NCBI GenBank assembly: GCA_965222225.1
Contig: CBDCTK010000002.1
Location: 3,168,001 to 3,232,000, forward strand
Length of the DNA stretch: 64,000 nt
DNA from: Candidatus Poribacteria bacterium
GTDB lineage: Bacteria; Poribacteria; WGA-4E; JAJDTR01
Direction: 5' to 3'
The notes below the pieces were generated by a model, which saw only the letters and a program-made list of their open reading frames with translations, was not told the DNA's origin and searched no databases. Both the position numbers and the translations under genes were made by a program. This document shows positions 41,801 through 53,179 of this stretch, one piece after another; within the stretch, counting starts at the first letter, position 1; each line of letters starts with the position of its first letter.

Positions 41801-42610
41801 ATGGCTCAAAAAGACCGGCACATCCTTAGCCTTTCAGGTGGAAAAGACAGCACGGCATTAGCCATCTATATGCGTGACCGCGTTCCGGAGATGGAGTACA
41901 TCTTCCATGATACCGACAAAGAGTTGCCCGATACGATTGAATATCTCAAGCGCTTGGAAGCCTATCTTGGCATGCCTATTGAGCGAACCACGAAGCACAC
42001 CGGTTTTGACAAAATGCTGAGGGTTTATGGTGGTATGCTCCCTTCAAATCATCGACGCTGGTGTACCAGAATGCTGAAGCTCAAGCCATTTGAGGCTTAT
42101 GTGGGCGATGACCCCGTCATTAACTACGTCGGACTACGTGCAGACGAAAATCGAACCGGCTATATTAGTCACAAACCCAACATCAAGGTTGTTTATCCGT
42201 TCAAAGATGATGGAATTGTTTATGAGGACGTGGTTCGCATCTTAGAGGAGTCCGGGTTGGGAATGCCTCCCTATACGGATTGGGGACGAACACACTCAGG
42301 TTGCTTTTTTTGTTTTTATCAACAGAAGATTGAGTGGGTCAGGTTGAAACAAAAGTATCCCGAACTGTATGAGCAAGCAAAGGAATACGAAAAACCAAAT
42401 AAGATTAACGGGAATATTTTTTACTGGAATGATGACGAATCTCTTGAAGAACTTGAGCAACAGGAACGGACTGCAGAGATTATTACCAACTGGGAAAAGA
42501 ATCAAGAACGTTTAAAGACCAAGCGAAAAAATAGACCACTAGTGTCTGTGTTGGCTGGATATGAGTCCGAGGAGGATGAAGATCAGGGCTGTCTAACGTG
42601 CTTTTTGTAA
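41801..42610 (+). CDS. sspD: PAPS-reductase family protein, SspD-like
   Basis: SGGKDS, RWCT..LK.KP, G.RADE, SGCFFCFYQ, C-terminal CLTC. Confidence 0.88.
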   Translation: MAQKDRHILSLSGGKDSTALAIYMRDRVPEMEYIFHDTDKELPDTIEYLKRLEAYLGMPIERTTKHTGFDKMLRVYGGMLPSNHRRWCTRMLKLKPFEAYVGDDPVINYVGLRADENRTGYISHKPNIKVVYPFKDDGIVYEDVVRILEESGLGMPPYTDWGRTHSGCFFCFYQQKIEWVRLKQKYPELYEQAKEYEKPNKINGNIFYWNDDESLEELEQQERTAEIITNWEKNQERLKTKRKNRPLVSVLAGYESEEDEDQGCLTCFL

Positions 42611-42614
42611 TGCG

Positions 42615-43115
42615 ATGAATGCAATCGAACTCCACGATTTTGACGAACAAGTTGATATGATGAAAGCCCACGCATGGGATCGCGTTTTGATGTGGCCTCA
42701 ATTGTGGTCTGAGTTCAAAACGCCGCCAAACCATGTTTGGAACTGGGGTTCTGTACCTTTTGAAAAAAGTTACTCAGATGCTGTCCCCGGTGACCGGCAT
42801 GGTGTATATACTTTCGCGATTGCTCCCGGCGTTGCTCAGCATCCTTTGCTTTACCTCGTGACTTATGTGGGTAAAGCGGATCAAATGACATTGCAATCAC
42901 GCTTCCTTAGTTATTTTTACGAACGATCCAGTATTAAAAGACCACAGATTGGTCGGTTTCTTCGGCAATACGATGGGTTCATAATGTTTAGTTTTTGTCC
43001 CATCGCGGATGTTTCGACAATTCATGAAATCTAAAATCAGCTAATTAACGCATTGATCCCACCTTTGTGTAGACGATACCCGGATAAGGTTTCGGCACCG
43101 CGACGAGCCTTTTAG
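42615..43115 (+). pseudogene. GIY-YIG-like nuclease with internal TAA at 43032-43034
   Basis: GVY...YVGKA...L.SRF..Y; after the stop the same frame reads NQLINALIPPLC...AF to TAG 43113-43115. Confidence 0.7.
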
Positions 43116-43146
43116 CGATCGCGAGAGGCCGAGACGAAAGGTCAAG

Positions 43147-44420
43147 ATGTGTAAAGAACTCAACCTACCTGCACTAAAGGGCATTATCGGGGATTGGGTT
43201 TACTACGTTACATTGCTTCCGTTCCTAGAAGTGCGAAAACGAATCCGAAGAACCCGTGATATTCACGAGGCACAAGTATTAGAGGATTGGTTACAACGTG
43301 ACTTGACGGATCGAGGTGATGAAATAGCTGACTATTTGGCGACCCAGAAACAGTGCTTCTTCAATGGGGTTGTCGTAGGGGTCTATGGCGGAGAACCGCA
43401 GTGGTACCCCCTCTCCTTGCAACCCTCTACGTACCTAGATCCGATTACGGTTGGTGAGAGTGTTGAAGCCGGTATGGGCATACTGAAATTGACTGGCAAC
43501 GAAAAACTTTTTGCGCTTGATGGTCAACATCGTGTCGAAGGGGTTAAACGCCTTGTCGATCAAATAGGAGAAGAAGGATTTGAGAAAAGACCCGACGAAC
43601 TGTGTGCGATATTCGTAGCTCATAAACAGTCGCGCTCCGGAATGCAAAGATCCCGACGCCTATTTTCCACGCTGAATAGGTATGCAAAGCCTGTAAGTCT
43701 CACTGATTTGATTATTCTTGATGAAGACGACATCGTTGCGATTACGTGCCGACGTTTGATTGAAAAGCATCCGTTATTTGCGGACGGCAAGATTTCGTTA
43801 CAACAACAGAAGGCCATAAACACTACAGATCGCCGTAGTTTTACATCGATTGTTGCGCTATATCAATCTATGGACATGTATCTGGGCATCAGATTCACGC
43901 CGAATCGCCATTGGAAGAAATTCAAGTTGATGCGCCCGGACGAAAACGCCGTTAAACAGTATGTCTCTAGAGCTAGCCGGTTTTGGGACAACCTGGTTGA
44001 ACAGCTTTCAGAACTCCAATTTGTAGTAAATATGAAGCCGGACGATGAGCTCCCAGATAAATTTAGGAGCGTATATGGGGCGGAAATCTACTTTTCCGCC
44101 CCATATTGCCCTTGATCCTCACGAAAGCCCTCAAGAATGCCATGGCCCTCGGAATGAGCGAAGATGCCTTTCTATCACGATTTTGTCGGATTCCGAAAGA
44201 GTTAAATCGTCCGCCGTGGCGCGGCGTTTTGTGGACCGACTCTATGGTGACGCGAGCGAAAAACCAAAACATCGCAGAGCGTCTTATTCTATGGATGGTC
44301 AATGCTGATCCACAGGAGAAGAAAATCAAGGCGCGAACACTTTGCCAAGATATTGCCGCCCTTCAGGATAAGCAAATCGCAGATATCCAATTGCCAGAAA
44401 AAGTCATGAAAGCACCATGA
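43147..44420 (+). pseudogene. DGQHR/DndB-like protein, frameshifted at the G4 run 44077-44080
   Basis: LQR.L, FF..VV, FALDGQHR, LF..LN..AK; one extra base joins it to GGNLLFRPI and ORF 44106-44420. Confidence 0.8.
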
Positions 44421-46288
44421 AAGCTGCCGAAGACTGGATCCGTTTCCTTCGCAAGTACGGCCCCATTGCCCAAAACGGAAACATGTTTGATGAGGAAATT
44501 TGGCGGGCGGCCAAGCGGACAGGTATCGAGCCAATCACGTTTGACCATCCTTTAGCCGAACGGCTTCTCCGCTGCTTCGGTCTCTCCAGCGATGAATGGA
44601 AATCCGTTATCCTCACCGGAACAGCAGGTGATGGCAAAACGCACCTATGCCGTACTGTATGGGAAAAACTTGGCGGAAGTGGTGAGGAATGGGCATCAGA
44701 CGAACCTTATGTTATGATAACAGTTCAACATCCGAACAGAGGAAAAGTCCAAGTTCATGTGATTCGAGATCTCAGTGCTTGGGTGCCGCAACAAGGAATG
44801 GCATGGCCTCAAGAGAAGGCACAACTGTTGTTGAAGTTCAGTAAACTACTTTCTGAGGCTGACCCAACCGATTTTTTTCTAATTGCGGCTAATGATGGTC
44901 AACTCATTGAAGCATGGCGACGATTGGCAGAGCATACAGAAGACGAAGATGTTGAACTGGCACTTCTGATATTTGACGATTTACTTTTCAAGGGAGAAGA
45001 AGAGAGGAGCGGCCTAAAGTTCTTTAACCTCAGCCAGATGAAATCTTCCGACTTGTTTGAACTGGCTTTGGGGAAACTTCTCTCACACGAACGATGGCAG
45101 GAGTGTTTTGAGGGAGAAGCCGCACAATCGGTTACTTTCGGTCCGCGATCACCTATCCGGCGAAATTACGAATTACTTCGCGAGCCATTGATACAGACCC
45201 GTCTTAGAACGCTTTTTGAATTTTTCGACTACAATGAACTCCATGTGCCAATTCGGGAAATTTTACTGCTTTTAGCAAACGCGATTCTTGGTCATCCCGA
45301 CTGTCGGGAAAGGTTGATGATTCCCAAGGATGTCGAACGAGTTCTCAACAACGGGACATTGGCAAGAGCCAGTTTATACAGCAACATCTTCGGCGGAAAT
45401 CTGTCTGCTACTCGTCAAGAGTCTATTCCTGTCTTCCGTTATCTGAACCTGCTACGCATCGGCTACGAAACGACCAACCGTATTGACAATATCCTAATCT
45501 TCGGCGACACAGATGAACGGCTGCGTCTCTATTTCCAGAAGTTGGTTGACGACGATGCGTTTTATGGGGCAGACAAATCTTATGGGGAGGCGCGAGATGC
45601 CTACATTGAGGGGCCCGAAGAGGATGAAGAGAAAAGTGTAGAATTCTTGGAAGCGTTGGTCGCGCAACGCCGTGCGTTGTTCTTCAAAATCCCAACTGAA
45701 TGGGAAGATGAACTAAAGCTATGGGATTTAACGGTGTTCAAACACGCCGGCACCTATCGGACGAAGGTATTCCTAGCGTTGAAAGAAGGTAAGAAGGTTG
45801 AAAGGCGAATCGTCCGGCGTTTGGTCAAGGGCCTCAACCGCATCTGGGTGGGTATGTTGATTGATAGAGATCAAGATGTCTATCTGGCAACCGGACTTGC
45901 ATTCTCTAACGCACGGGTGAGTCGCATTCTTGAGGAGCAAATTTCGGTCGCGCCCCGATTGGGACAGAAGGTTGAGATTATCTTGAGAAAAAGTGATGAG
46001 ATGCCAATGATTCAGGTCGTGTTGTCCCCAACAATTGACCGCTCTTTTGCGCTGACTTTGACCCGTTTCGAGTTTCTCAACAGAGTTGCCGACGGTGCGC
46101 TCCCCAACAGTTTCTCCAAAGAATGTTACGAAGATGTAATGACTTTCAAGAGTCGGGTTTTGGCGGCGCTTGCGGAGCGCCGTGTGCGGGATGAAGAAGA
46201 ACAAGATGCAGAACTAACCCTTCGTCTCCTAGGTGTTGACGAACACGGAAATCCCACCGAAGAAACCGTGGAGTTGCCAAATGTCTGA
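44417..46288 (+). CDS. sspF: SspF/DndF-like P-loop protein
   Basis: ILTGTAGDGKT, LIAANDG.L; first gene of the FGH trio. Confidence 0.75.
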   Translation: MKAAEDWIRFLRKYGPIAQNGNMFDEEIWRAAKRTGIEPITFDHPLAERLLRCFGLSSDEWKSVILTGTAGDGKTHLCRTVWEKLGGSGEEWASDEPYVMITVQHPNRGKVQVHVIRDLSAWVPQQGMAWPQEKAQLLLKFSKLLSEADPTDFFLIAANDGQLIEAWRRLAEHTEDEDVELALLIFDDLLFKGEEERSGLKFFNLSQMKSSDLFELALGKLLSHERWQECFEGEAAQSVTFGPRSPIRRNYELLREPLIQTRLRTLFEFFDYNELHVPIREILLLLANAILGHPDCRERLMIPKDVERVLNNGTLARASLYSNIFGGNLSATRQESIPVFRYLNLLRIGYETTNRIDNILIFGDTDERLRLYFQKLVDDDAFYGADKSYGEARDAYIEGPEEDEEKSVEFLEALVAQRRALFFKIPTEWEDELKLWDLTVFKHAGTYRTKVFLALKEGKKVERRIVRRLVKGLNRIWVGMLIDRDQDVYLATGLAFSNARVSRILEEQISVAPRLGQKVEIILRKSDEMPMIQVVLSPTIDRSFALTLTRFEFLNRVADGALPNSFSKECYEDVMTFKSRVLAALAERRVRDEEEQDAELTLRLLGVDEHGNPTEETVELPNV

Positions 46289-47861
46289 GTATTTACAGTC
46301 GGGAAATATCGTATCGAATATGCATTGTCGAAGTGACCATCCGAGCATCTCCCCTTGGTTGGACGAACAGATTTGGGGACACCGCATTTGGGACAACCAG
46401 AGTCCATGGCTACTTTTTCTGGAATTCTTAAGCGTCGCCGAAGCCTGCCATCGTGAGAATAGACTATTTGACGAATGCGGCGTGTCCTATCCGTTACAAT
46501 TTCGGCCTTATCAGCGACTTTACTTGAGAAACATCCTTTTCAAGAATGGGTTTGTTGATGGTATTGACGCGACACGCAGCGATGGTGGCGCATGGGAGGA
46601 GTGGATTCAACGAATGAACACCGAAGCGGATGGGGTCACAGCACGGACTTTTGTGTATCTCAAAGACAAGTTTTCATCATTTCATGATTTCGCGACCATC
46701 GTCGGAACACTTCGTGACACTGCTGTTGAAGGTGACAGGAATAGGAGATGGTCGTCCCGTTTTGTATTTCCTTTCGGGCCGCACGGTCTGTACGAAGACC
46801 TTAATGTAAGAGGTAGCAGTGTTTCTCGCGAATACATCAACTTCGGGCGGACCGGTGAACTCCTCTACCTGATGCTCTGTCGCTCAAAGTCCGCAGAAGA
46901 TCTGCGAGAGCCTATAAAATTGTTGTTTGATGAGGATAACTACCTCAATAAGTTGCTCAAACGCCTTCAACCTGATGAAGATGACGACCTGCATCGTAGA
47001 GGACAGAGCTATCTTCCTTATATTAAACATCACTGCTTTGATTTTCTTGGTGAGGATTGGAAGAACATCTTCGACCTGAAACTGCCGGGATTTGATGCCT
47101 ATCAGTTTTTGGTAGAACTCAGTGCCTTCCATGTGATGCTGTACCAGCTTAACACCGCCACGTGGTTCATACCGGAGAGCCGGAAGGTTCGCTTCATCTG
47201 CGAGGTGATTGCTCCTCAAAAAACACTCATCCGAGAATTGTCGATTGCCAATTACCAACAGAACAACGTGTTGACAGCGCAGGCTGTTGACTCATACGTC
47301 TCCCGTATTTCGGAGTCCGAGGATTGGTTGGCGGCAATTGAAGGTTCTACGGGAGCAGATGCCTTCATTAAATGCAAGGAGATTCTGCAAAATGAACTCC
47401 GGTGGCCCCCAACCCGACCCAACGCTTCCAATAGGTACGACGGTCCATCAAACCCATTCGATCTCCTCAAACAACTCAGAGAGACTGCTCGAAAAGGACA
47501 TCGGCAACATGTAGGGAATGTTCATCGCGTTTATGGAGGGGCAACCGGGTTGATCTCTCGGCGCGGCACAAATCGACTTCGCTACGCTCCAAACGATACC
47601 TTCCTCAAAACCATGGTGGTCGCCAATGTTGGAGAACGTAAGGAATTCAACAAATTCTTAAGCGATCTCTATAGGCGGTATGGGCTAGTTTTTGGAGAGC
47701 AAGAAGCCTCGGATGCTCTTCCCTCTAAAGCATTTGATCAGAAAGTCTTTCAAGCGAATACCGAGCGTTTGGAACGGCGTCTTTCCAGCATGGGTATGTT
47801 ACGCCGCCTTTCCGACGCCTGCGCTTACGTCATCAATCCTTTTGGGAAGGAACAAAAATGA
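46281..47861 (+). CDS. sspG: SspG/DndG-like protein
   Basis: Position between F and H; C-terminal F..L..RYGL...L..MGML..LSD...YV. Confidence 0.72.
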   Translation: MSEYLQSGNIVSNMHCRSDHPSISPWLDEQIWGHRIWDNQSPWLLFLEFLSVAEACHRENRLFDECGVSYPLQFRPYQRLYLRNILFKNGFVDGIDATRSDGGAWEEWIQRMNTEADGVTARTFVYLKDKFSSFHDFATIVGTLRDTAVEGDRNRRWSSRFVFPFGPHGLYEDLNVRGSSVSREYINFGRTGELLYLMLCRSKSAEDLREPIKLLFDEDNYLNKLLKRLQPDEDDDLHRRGQSYLPYIKHHCFDFLGEDWKNIFDLKLPGFDAYQFLVELSAFHVMLYQLNTATWFIPESRKVRFICEVIAPQKTLIRELSIANYQQNNVLTAQAVDSYVSRISESEDWLAAIEGSTGADAFIKCKEILQNELRWPPTRPNASNRYDGPSNPFDLLKQLRETARKGHRQHVGNVHRVYGGATGLISRRGTNRLRYAPNDTFLKTMVVANVGERKEFNKFLSDLYRRYGLVFGEQEASDALPSKAFDQKVFQANTERLERRLSSMGMLRRLSDACAYVINPFGKEQK

Positions 47862-50800
47862 CGACTGACGAACTGATTGGACAAGTTGGCGCCAAATATT
47901 TGCGAATAAAACTTGATGAAGCCGACGACTCCGACGACACTGCTCGATACCTCATTGATCGGCTCTCAGAGGGACAGACCGCAGACATTGCAAAGGCGAT
48001 ATTGGCTGATGCAGTGCTTAGCAAAAAGGTTGAGATTAAGTTGCCAACTCGTTTCATGCAAGGGCAGAAGCTACCCGATTTGATTCTGACCGATGAGAGG
48101 GCAACATACTATCGTAATGCTCAATGCAGGAAGGCAGCTCTCTTGCTCGCGACGACGGGCGATGACGAAGCGCAATCACTGAATCACCTCACCCCGATTG
48201 GTATTGCCCAACTGATGGATAACCCCAAATTTTGGGTCGATGTTGCCTCAACCGATGCAGATCTTTCGGAGAGTAATCGGAAATGGTGGGAGAAGGCGCT
48301 CAAGGGATTATTCGAGTTAAACATCTGCTCACTAGAGCAGATTGCTCAGTACATTCTGCAAACCCGCAACGCTATTGTCGATGATGGACACCCCATTGTA
48401 CATGCGCTTGACGCGGCACTACCAGCGCTACAGATTCCCAGAGGCACCGGGGATTTCAACGGAATCAAGGACAATTATCGAGGCTATACCGCCCAATGGC
48501 GGAGACGTTACGAGTCTGCTCACCGCAAATATGCCTGTTACCTTCGCAAATATACCCCAAACCAGACCCTCCTGAATGAGGATGACCTCAAGGCTGCTTT
48601 CGACGCGGCAAAGGATGCCATCCCTGAAAATTACCATTCTCTGATTGTCGCGTTCATCGGAGCCCCAACCGGGTGGAATGACCACGCCCAGGAATTGGCT
48701 GAATGTGAATGGGACATCGTTGGTCAACCGTTGTTTGAGGGGTTGAAGCCGGAAAAGAAGGGCATTGGGGAACTGACCTTTGCATTCTATGATGAGCGTG
48801 AACCGGAACTTCTCACTGAATCCGAGCGGGATTATTTGCAGCGACTCAAGCAGCGCGGGAGACTTCCAAGAAACGATGATGAAGAGGATAAACAGTTTTA
48901 CGAAGACCACCGAAATGAACTCAAGGAAGACCGCACACTCAAGTCACTGTGGGACCGGTTTATTTTCAAAACCCCGCTGGAGTCCGACGATTTCTTGGTT
49001 GGGCTAATACAATGCATCGAAAGACTCCTTGGCGCGAAATCGGCCAGCGGGGAAACGCGAATGACAATTCGTTGTGATCGTCGATCTAGAAGAGATCTCA
49101 GAGACCTCAATGTTGAGGCAGGGCTTTATTTTGCTACGCGCTATCGTGGATTGCCAACGTTGTTCGGGCCGAAAGTGACGTGGGCACCGGAGCTCGATCA
49201 ACTCTTTTCTTTTTCAGAATTGGTAGAAACTTGGCGCGGTGAAAGTGGTTCCAGGCTGTGTGAGTCAACGGCGAAAGCAGCGCGACAGATCAAATTCACA
49301 ATCGAACTTAGTGCCTCAGATGATACTGCAAAGCACGCGACCCAACTTATTTGGGAATTTGACCTGAGTAGCATCACCACCCAATTTCACAGCGATTTTA
49401 ACCGTCTTGTGGAACACCCGCTAGTCTTCTGTCACACGACACGCGAACCTATCAGCACCAAAGGCGAATTCCAGCCCCTTAACCTGTCCAATGTGAAGTC
49501 GTTTGGCCCGGCCTATGGAAATGAGCGCGGTTCTTTTATCGCCATTTACCAAGAGGACAACGATATCGCTGAAATATGGCTTAGAAATTTGGAAATAGCA
49601 AAACAGGAGCACCTGCGGACCGACGCAGACGCACAACAGATTCGGTCAAGATTTGAAATCTTTCGCGCATCCTACGCGGCGGCAATAGCGGGATTCATGA
49701 AGCGTGGAGTGGCTTGCGCTGAACTCCTAGAACAGTTATCCGATTACGCGGAACTTCTGGAGACATTATGCCATCACGCCAAAGGTGACCGCAATCGGGA
49801 GTTGTTGTTAAACCCACTTCTGAAAATCGGTGCTGTTGCCGTGGAAGGCGGACCGCTTGCAACAGTTGTTACCCCGTGGCATCCGCTTCGTCTGGCCGCA
49901 ATGACGGTAAAGGCAAAACAGGTGGCAGAACTCCTTCACCGTCTGCTCGCCGCTGAAGACCTAGCTTTTGGCAATGCAGAGCGATTCTATTTCCGAGAGA
50001 TTGAAGAAGCGTTGGCGCATGCCTATTACCCTGAAGTTGTCCCAGGTTGGGACCGCGGTGAACCGAAACTGTTGTCGCTGACCGATACTGTGGGAGATTA
50101 CAGTCTGCACGAACACCCTGTTGTGACCGACGAAGCTAGCGATGGCACAAATGACAACCCTGAAGGAGCTGCCAACCTTGTCACCGATCAAGTTGACCGT
50201 TATTTGCAACTTCAACCCCATGCTCAAACTAACCTCTCTGTCGCCCTCTACAACTGCGATTCTGTGCGCCTTCTGCAAGCGGTTGTCGAGAAGATTCGTA
50301 AGAAGTACGAAGAAAACGAAGATGTACTTTGCCAGATTGTGCTTCGGCATCGGAACAAGAAACGCCTGCGTGGGCTCTATGAGCAGATTATTCAAAGTAG
50401 TGGTGAAGAAGTTGATGCCTTCAGTGCCAGCGAAGCAACCAAGGATTTCATGGCTCGTTTGCGCATCAATATCATCGCTGATCAGGTGTCGCAGCCAGAT
50501 AAACGGGATGGCTGCCCGATGGACATCGTGTTCTCCCAAGATGTTATCGCTCGCCATGCCGGAATCGAGTGGTACAGTGAAGATGCTCGACCTGTCGAAC
50601 TTCTCAAGTTGTTCCCTTCTCGCTGGTCCCGCCGCCGGCCCGCCTCCAAAGACGATATGAAGTCTGTTGTTTACCTCTGCTGTCCTGTTCAAAGCCGTGA
50701 AGTTTGGACGTATTTGACAGCAATGGCAACTGTACTAAAAGGTGATTGGGACGAAAACGAAGCAAGTCGACTATTGCCCGCAAGACAATTAGACTTCCAA

Positions 50801-53179
50801 AAACAAGAAATGACCAGCATTTTTGAAGAGACGCACAATCTTGGAAACTGGGTAATTAACTACGATGAACTTCTTGACCGCCGCCAAGTGGAGAATCAAA
50901 ATGCTCGTGTCATTCGATACAAGCAGTCTGCCACACAGGGACGGAATACAATCATTTCGTCAAAGGCGAATCTCGAATTTCTCGAAAACATGCTTGTCCG
51001 TCGCTTAAAGGCACTCGCGCTTGATTTGGACGAAGCCGCTTACCAACGACTTGCAGGGGAGTTTTGTGACGATGCCAATAGGATTTCTGGCGACATTGTG
51101 CTCCGTGCCGCCAAACGGGGACGGAACGCGAGTGAGCTTATCGGCGTGGTTTTGAGCCGATTCCTCATCCGGCATGAGTTGAGAGATAATGACTACTTTG
51201 GCTGGTACTTTCTTGACGATTATGCGGAATGGTTGGGGTTACGAGAAGGACGAATCGCTGATATTCTGGCAATGAGTCCATCTCAGACACAAGACGGGAA
51301 ATTGAGACTAGACATCGTTGTTTCAGAAGCGAAATACATCAGTGCTAGCGATCTGTCAAGAAAAAAGGAAGAATCTCAAAAGCAACTCCGCGACACTCTT
51401 AACCGAATCGCTGACGCACTCTTCGGTCAACCGGAGCGTTTGGACAAGCCGCTTTGGTTGTCACGGTTATCCGACCTAGTTCTTGACGGACTCCGGTTGC
51501 CGGCCAGTGCGCATATTAATCTTTCCGACTGGCGAGGATTTATTCGAGAGGGAAAATGTCAGATTTTCCTGCGAGGTTATTCTCATGTGTTCGTTTCAGG
51601 CCCCCCGGCTGCGGAGTGTTCGGAACTGATTTCGGTAGCGCATTGCGAAGAGGCATACCAGGAAGTGTTCTCACACGCAAAGGTTCGGGATCTTGTTCTG
51701 TTTTACAAGGAGGACGCCGATCCGATTTCAATCAGGCGAGATAATGTCGGCGAGGAGATTTGGTCGACAAAAACTTATCGCGGACCAGTGGGTGACACGC
51801 TCACGGTTGAAAGACCGCCACGCTCTGCCGAATCTCGTGACATTCAACCCGAAGCAGAATGCGAAGAACTCGAATCTGAAGCACAAACGGTTACTGAAGC
51901 AGCTACCCTGAATGATGAATTGATTTCTGCAGACACGGTCGAAAGCCAAAATCAAAACGCTGACACACGGCATGCCGCCATTTCGGAAAGCTGGGCTTAT
52001 AAGGGAGTTGCTCGTTTTCTAGCTGAATATCAGGGAAACGAAGTTGAAACCCAAGACGCAGAACATTGGTTGGTTGAAACAGCACGGCAGTGCAGAGGCG
52101 CGCTTCAACAGTTCCAGCTTCAAGCCAAACTGCTTGACAGCATTCTCACTCCGAACGCCGCACTGCTGAAGTTCCAGGGAAGCGCGGATCTGACCGTGGA
52201 ACTGGTGTCAAGGCGACGCAGTGAGTTCTTGACAACTTATGGACTCAATCTAATTTCAGTACGACCTGAGCCGGGGAAAGTAACGATCTCAGTTGCCCGT
52301 CCAGAACGCCGGATCTTGTACCTGCCACAAATCTGGCGAAACTGGGCTAAGGACGCACCCAACCACGATGAGGGAGATCGCAACAGAGGCAACCAAAAAC
52401 TCCTAATCGGTCTGAAGGAAGAAGACAGTAGTCCGCTTTTTTTATCACCCAGAGAGAATGCCCCACACACGTTGATTGCAGGTTCGACCGGTAGCGGCAA
52501 GTCTGTTCTGATGCAAAACATTATTCTTGGCATCGCCGCCACCAATACGCCGGAGCAAGCCCACATCGTTCTAATAGATCCGAAGATGGGCGTGGATTAT
52601 TTTGCGTTTGAGGATTTACCTCACTTGCAAGGAGGTGTGATCGACGACCAAGAAACGGCCGTTGAGCATCTGAACCAACTGATATCAGAAATGAATCGTC
52701 GATACAAAGTGCTTCGGCAGAACCGGGTGAGCGACATATTCGACCTTAATGCCAAGCCAAGGGCGACGGAACATTTGCCGGTCCTTTGGATCATCCACGA
52801 TGAATTTGCGGAGTGGATGATGACTGAAGAATACAAAAACACCGTTACCAATGTTGTGTCACGGTTGGGCGTTAAGGCAAGGGCCGCAGGAATCTTCCTT
52901 GTTTTTGCTGCCCAGCGCCCGGATAATCACGTTATGCCAATGCAGTTGCGGGCAAACCTAGGCAACCGTCTAATCCTTCAGGTTGATGGTGAAGGCACAT
53001 CTGAAATTGCCCTAGGTGAACCGGGGGCAGAACGTCTCTTAGGCAAAGGGCATTTGGCGGCAAAATTGGTGGGCGAATCCACCATCATTACTGCCCAAGT
53101 GCCGTTCGTTACCGCAGAAAACCTGGAAGAGATTGTTATACGGATCCAAATGGAAGAGATGCACGAAGCCGCCCCATGA
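47858..53179 (+). CDS. sspH: SspH/DndH-like protein with FtsK-type ATPase domain
   Basis: 1773 aa; HTLIAGSTGSGKS, IDPK, HDEFAEW, A.QRP; PD-(D/E)xK-like ADIL..SEAK. Confidence 0.8.
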   Translation: MTTDELIGQVGAKYLRIKLDEADDSDDTARYLIDRLSEGQTADIAKAILADAVLSKKVEIKLPTRFMQGQKLPDLILTDERATYYRNAQCRKAALLLATTGDDEAQSLNHLTPIGIAQLMDNPKFWVDVASTDADLSESNRKWWEKALKGLFELNICSLEQIAQYILQTRNAIVDDGHPIVHALDAALPALQIPRGTGDFNGIKDNYRGYTAQWRRRYESAHRKYACYLRKYTPNQTLLNEDDLKAAFDAAKDAIPENYHSLIVAFIGAPTGWNDHAQELAECEWDIVGQPLFEGLKPEKKGIGELTFAFYDEREPELLTESERDYLQRLKQRGRLPRNDDEEDKQFYEDHRNELKEDRTLKSLWDRFIFKTPLESDDFLVGLIQCIERLLGAKSASGETRMTIRCDRRSRRDLRDLNVEAGLYFATRYRGLPTLFGPKVTWAPELDQLFSFSELVETWRGESGSRLCESTAKAARQIKFTIELSASDDTAKHATQLIWEFDLSSITTQFHSDFNRLVEHPLVFCHTTREPISTKGEFQPLNLSNVKSFGPAYGNERGSFIAIYQEDNDIAEIWLRNLEIAKQEHLRTDADAQQIRSRFEIFRASYAAAIAGFMKRGVACAELLEQLSDYAELLETLCHHAKGDRNRELLLNPLLKIGAVAVEGGPLATVVTPWHPLRLAAMTVKAKQVAELLHRLLAAEDLAFGNAERFYFREIEEALAHAYYPEVVPGWDRGEPKLLSLTDTVGDYSLHEHPVVTDEASDGTNDNPEGAANLVTDQVDRYLQLQPHAQTNLSVALYNCDSVRLLQAVVEKIRKKYEENEDVLCQIVLRHRNKKRLRGLYEQIIQSSGEEVDAFSASEATKDFMARLRINIIADQVSQPDKRDGCPMDIVFSQDVIARHAGIEWYSEDARPVELLKLFPSRWSRRRPASKDDMKSVVYLCCPVQSREVWTYLTAMATVLKGDWDENEASRLLPARQLDFQKQEMTSIFEETHNLGNWVINYDELLDRRQVENQNARVIRYKQSATQGRNTIISSKANLEFLENMLVRRLKALALDLDEAAYQRLAGEFCDDANRISGDIVLRAAKRGRNASELIGVVLSRFLIRHELRDNDYFGWYFLDDYAEWLGLREGRIADILAMSPSQTQDGKLRLDIVVSEAKYISASDLSRKKEESQKQLRDTLNRIADALFGQPERLDKPLWLSRLSDLVLDGLRLPASAHINLSDWRGFIREGKCQIFLRGYSHVFVSGPPAAECSELISVAHCEEAYQEVFSHAKVRDLVLFYKEDADPISIRRDNVGEEIWSTKTYRGPVGDTLTVERPPRSAESRDIQPEAECEELESEAQTVTEAATLNDELISADTVESQNQNADTRHAAISESWAYKGVARFLAEYQGNEVETQDAEHWLVETARQCRGALQQFQLQAKLLDSILTPNAALLKFQGSADLTVELVSRRRSEFLTTYGLNLISVRPEPGKVTISVARPERRILYLPQIWRNWAKDAPNHDEGDRNRGNQKLLIGLKEEDSSPLFLSPRENAPHTLIAGSTGSGKSVLMQNIILGIAATNTPEQAHIVLIDPKMGVDYFAFEDLPHLQGGVIDDQETAVEHLNQLISEMNRRYKVLRQNRVSDIFDLNAKPRATEHLPVLWIIHDEFAEWMMTEEYKNTVTNVVSRLGVKARAAGIFLVFAAQRPDNHVMPMQLRANLGNRLILQVDGEGTSEIALGEPGAERLLGKGHLAAKLVGESTIITAQVPFVTAENLEEIVIRIQMEEMHEAAP

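Noticed and set aside
37320-42610. BREX type 4 or DndBCDE assignment
   Set aside because: No PglZ/BrxL and no SMC-like DndD or DndE; the gene set fits SspBCD plus FGH.
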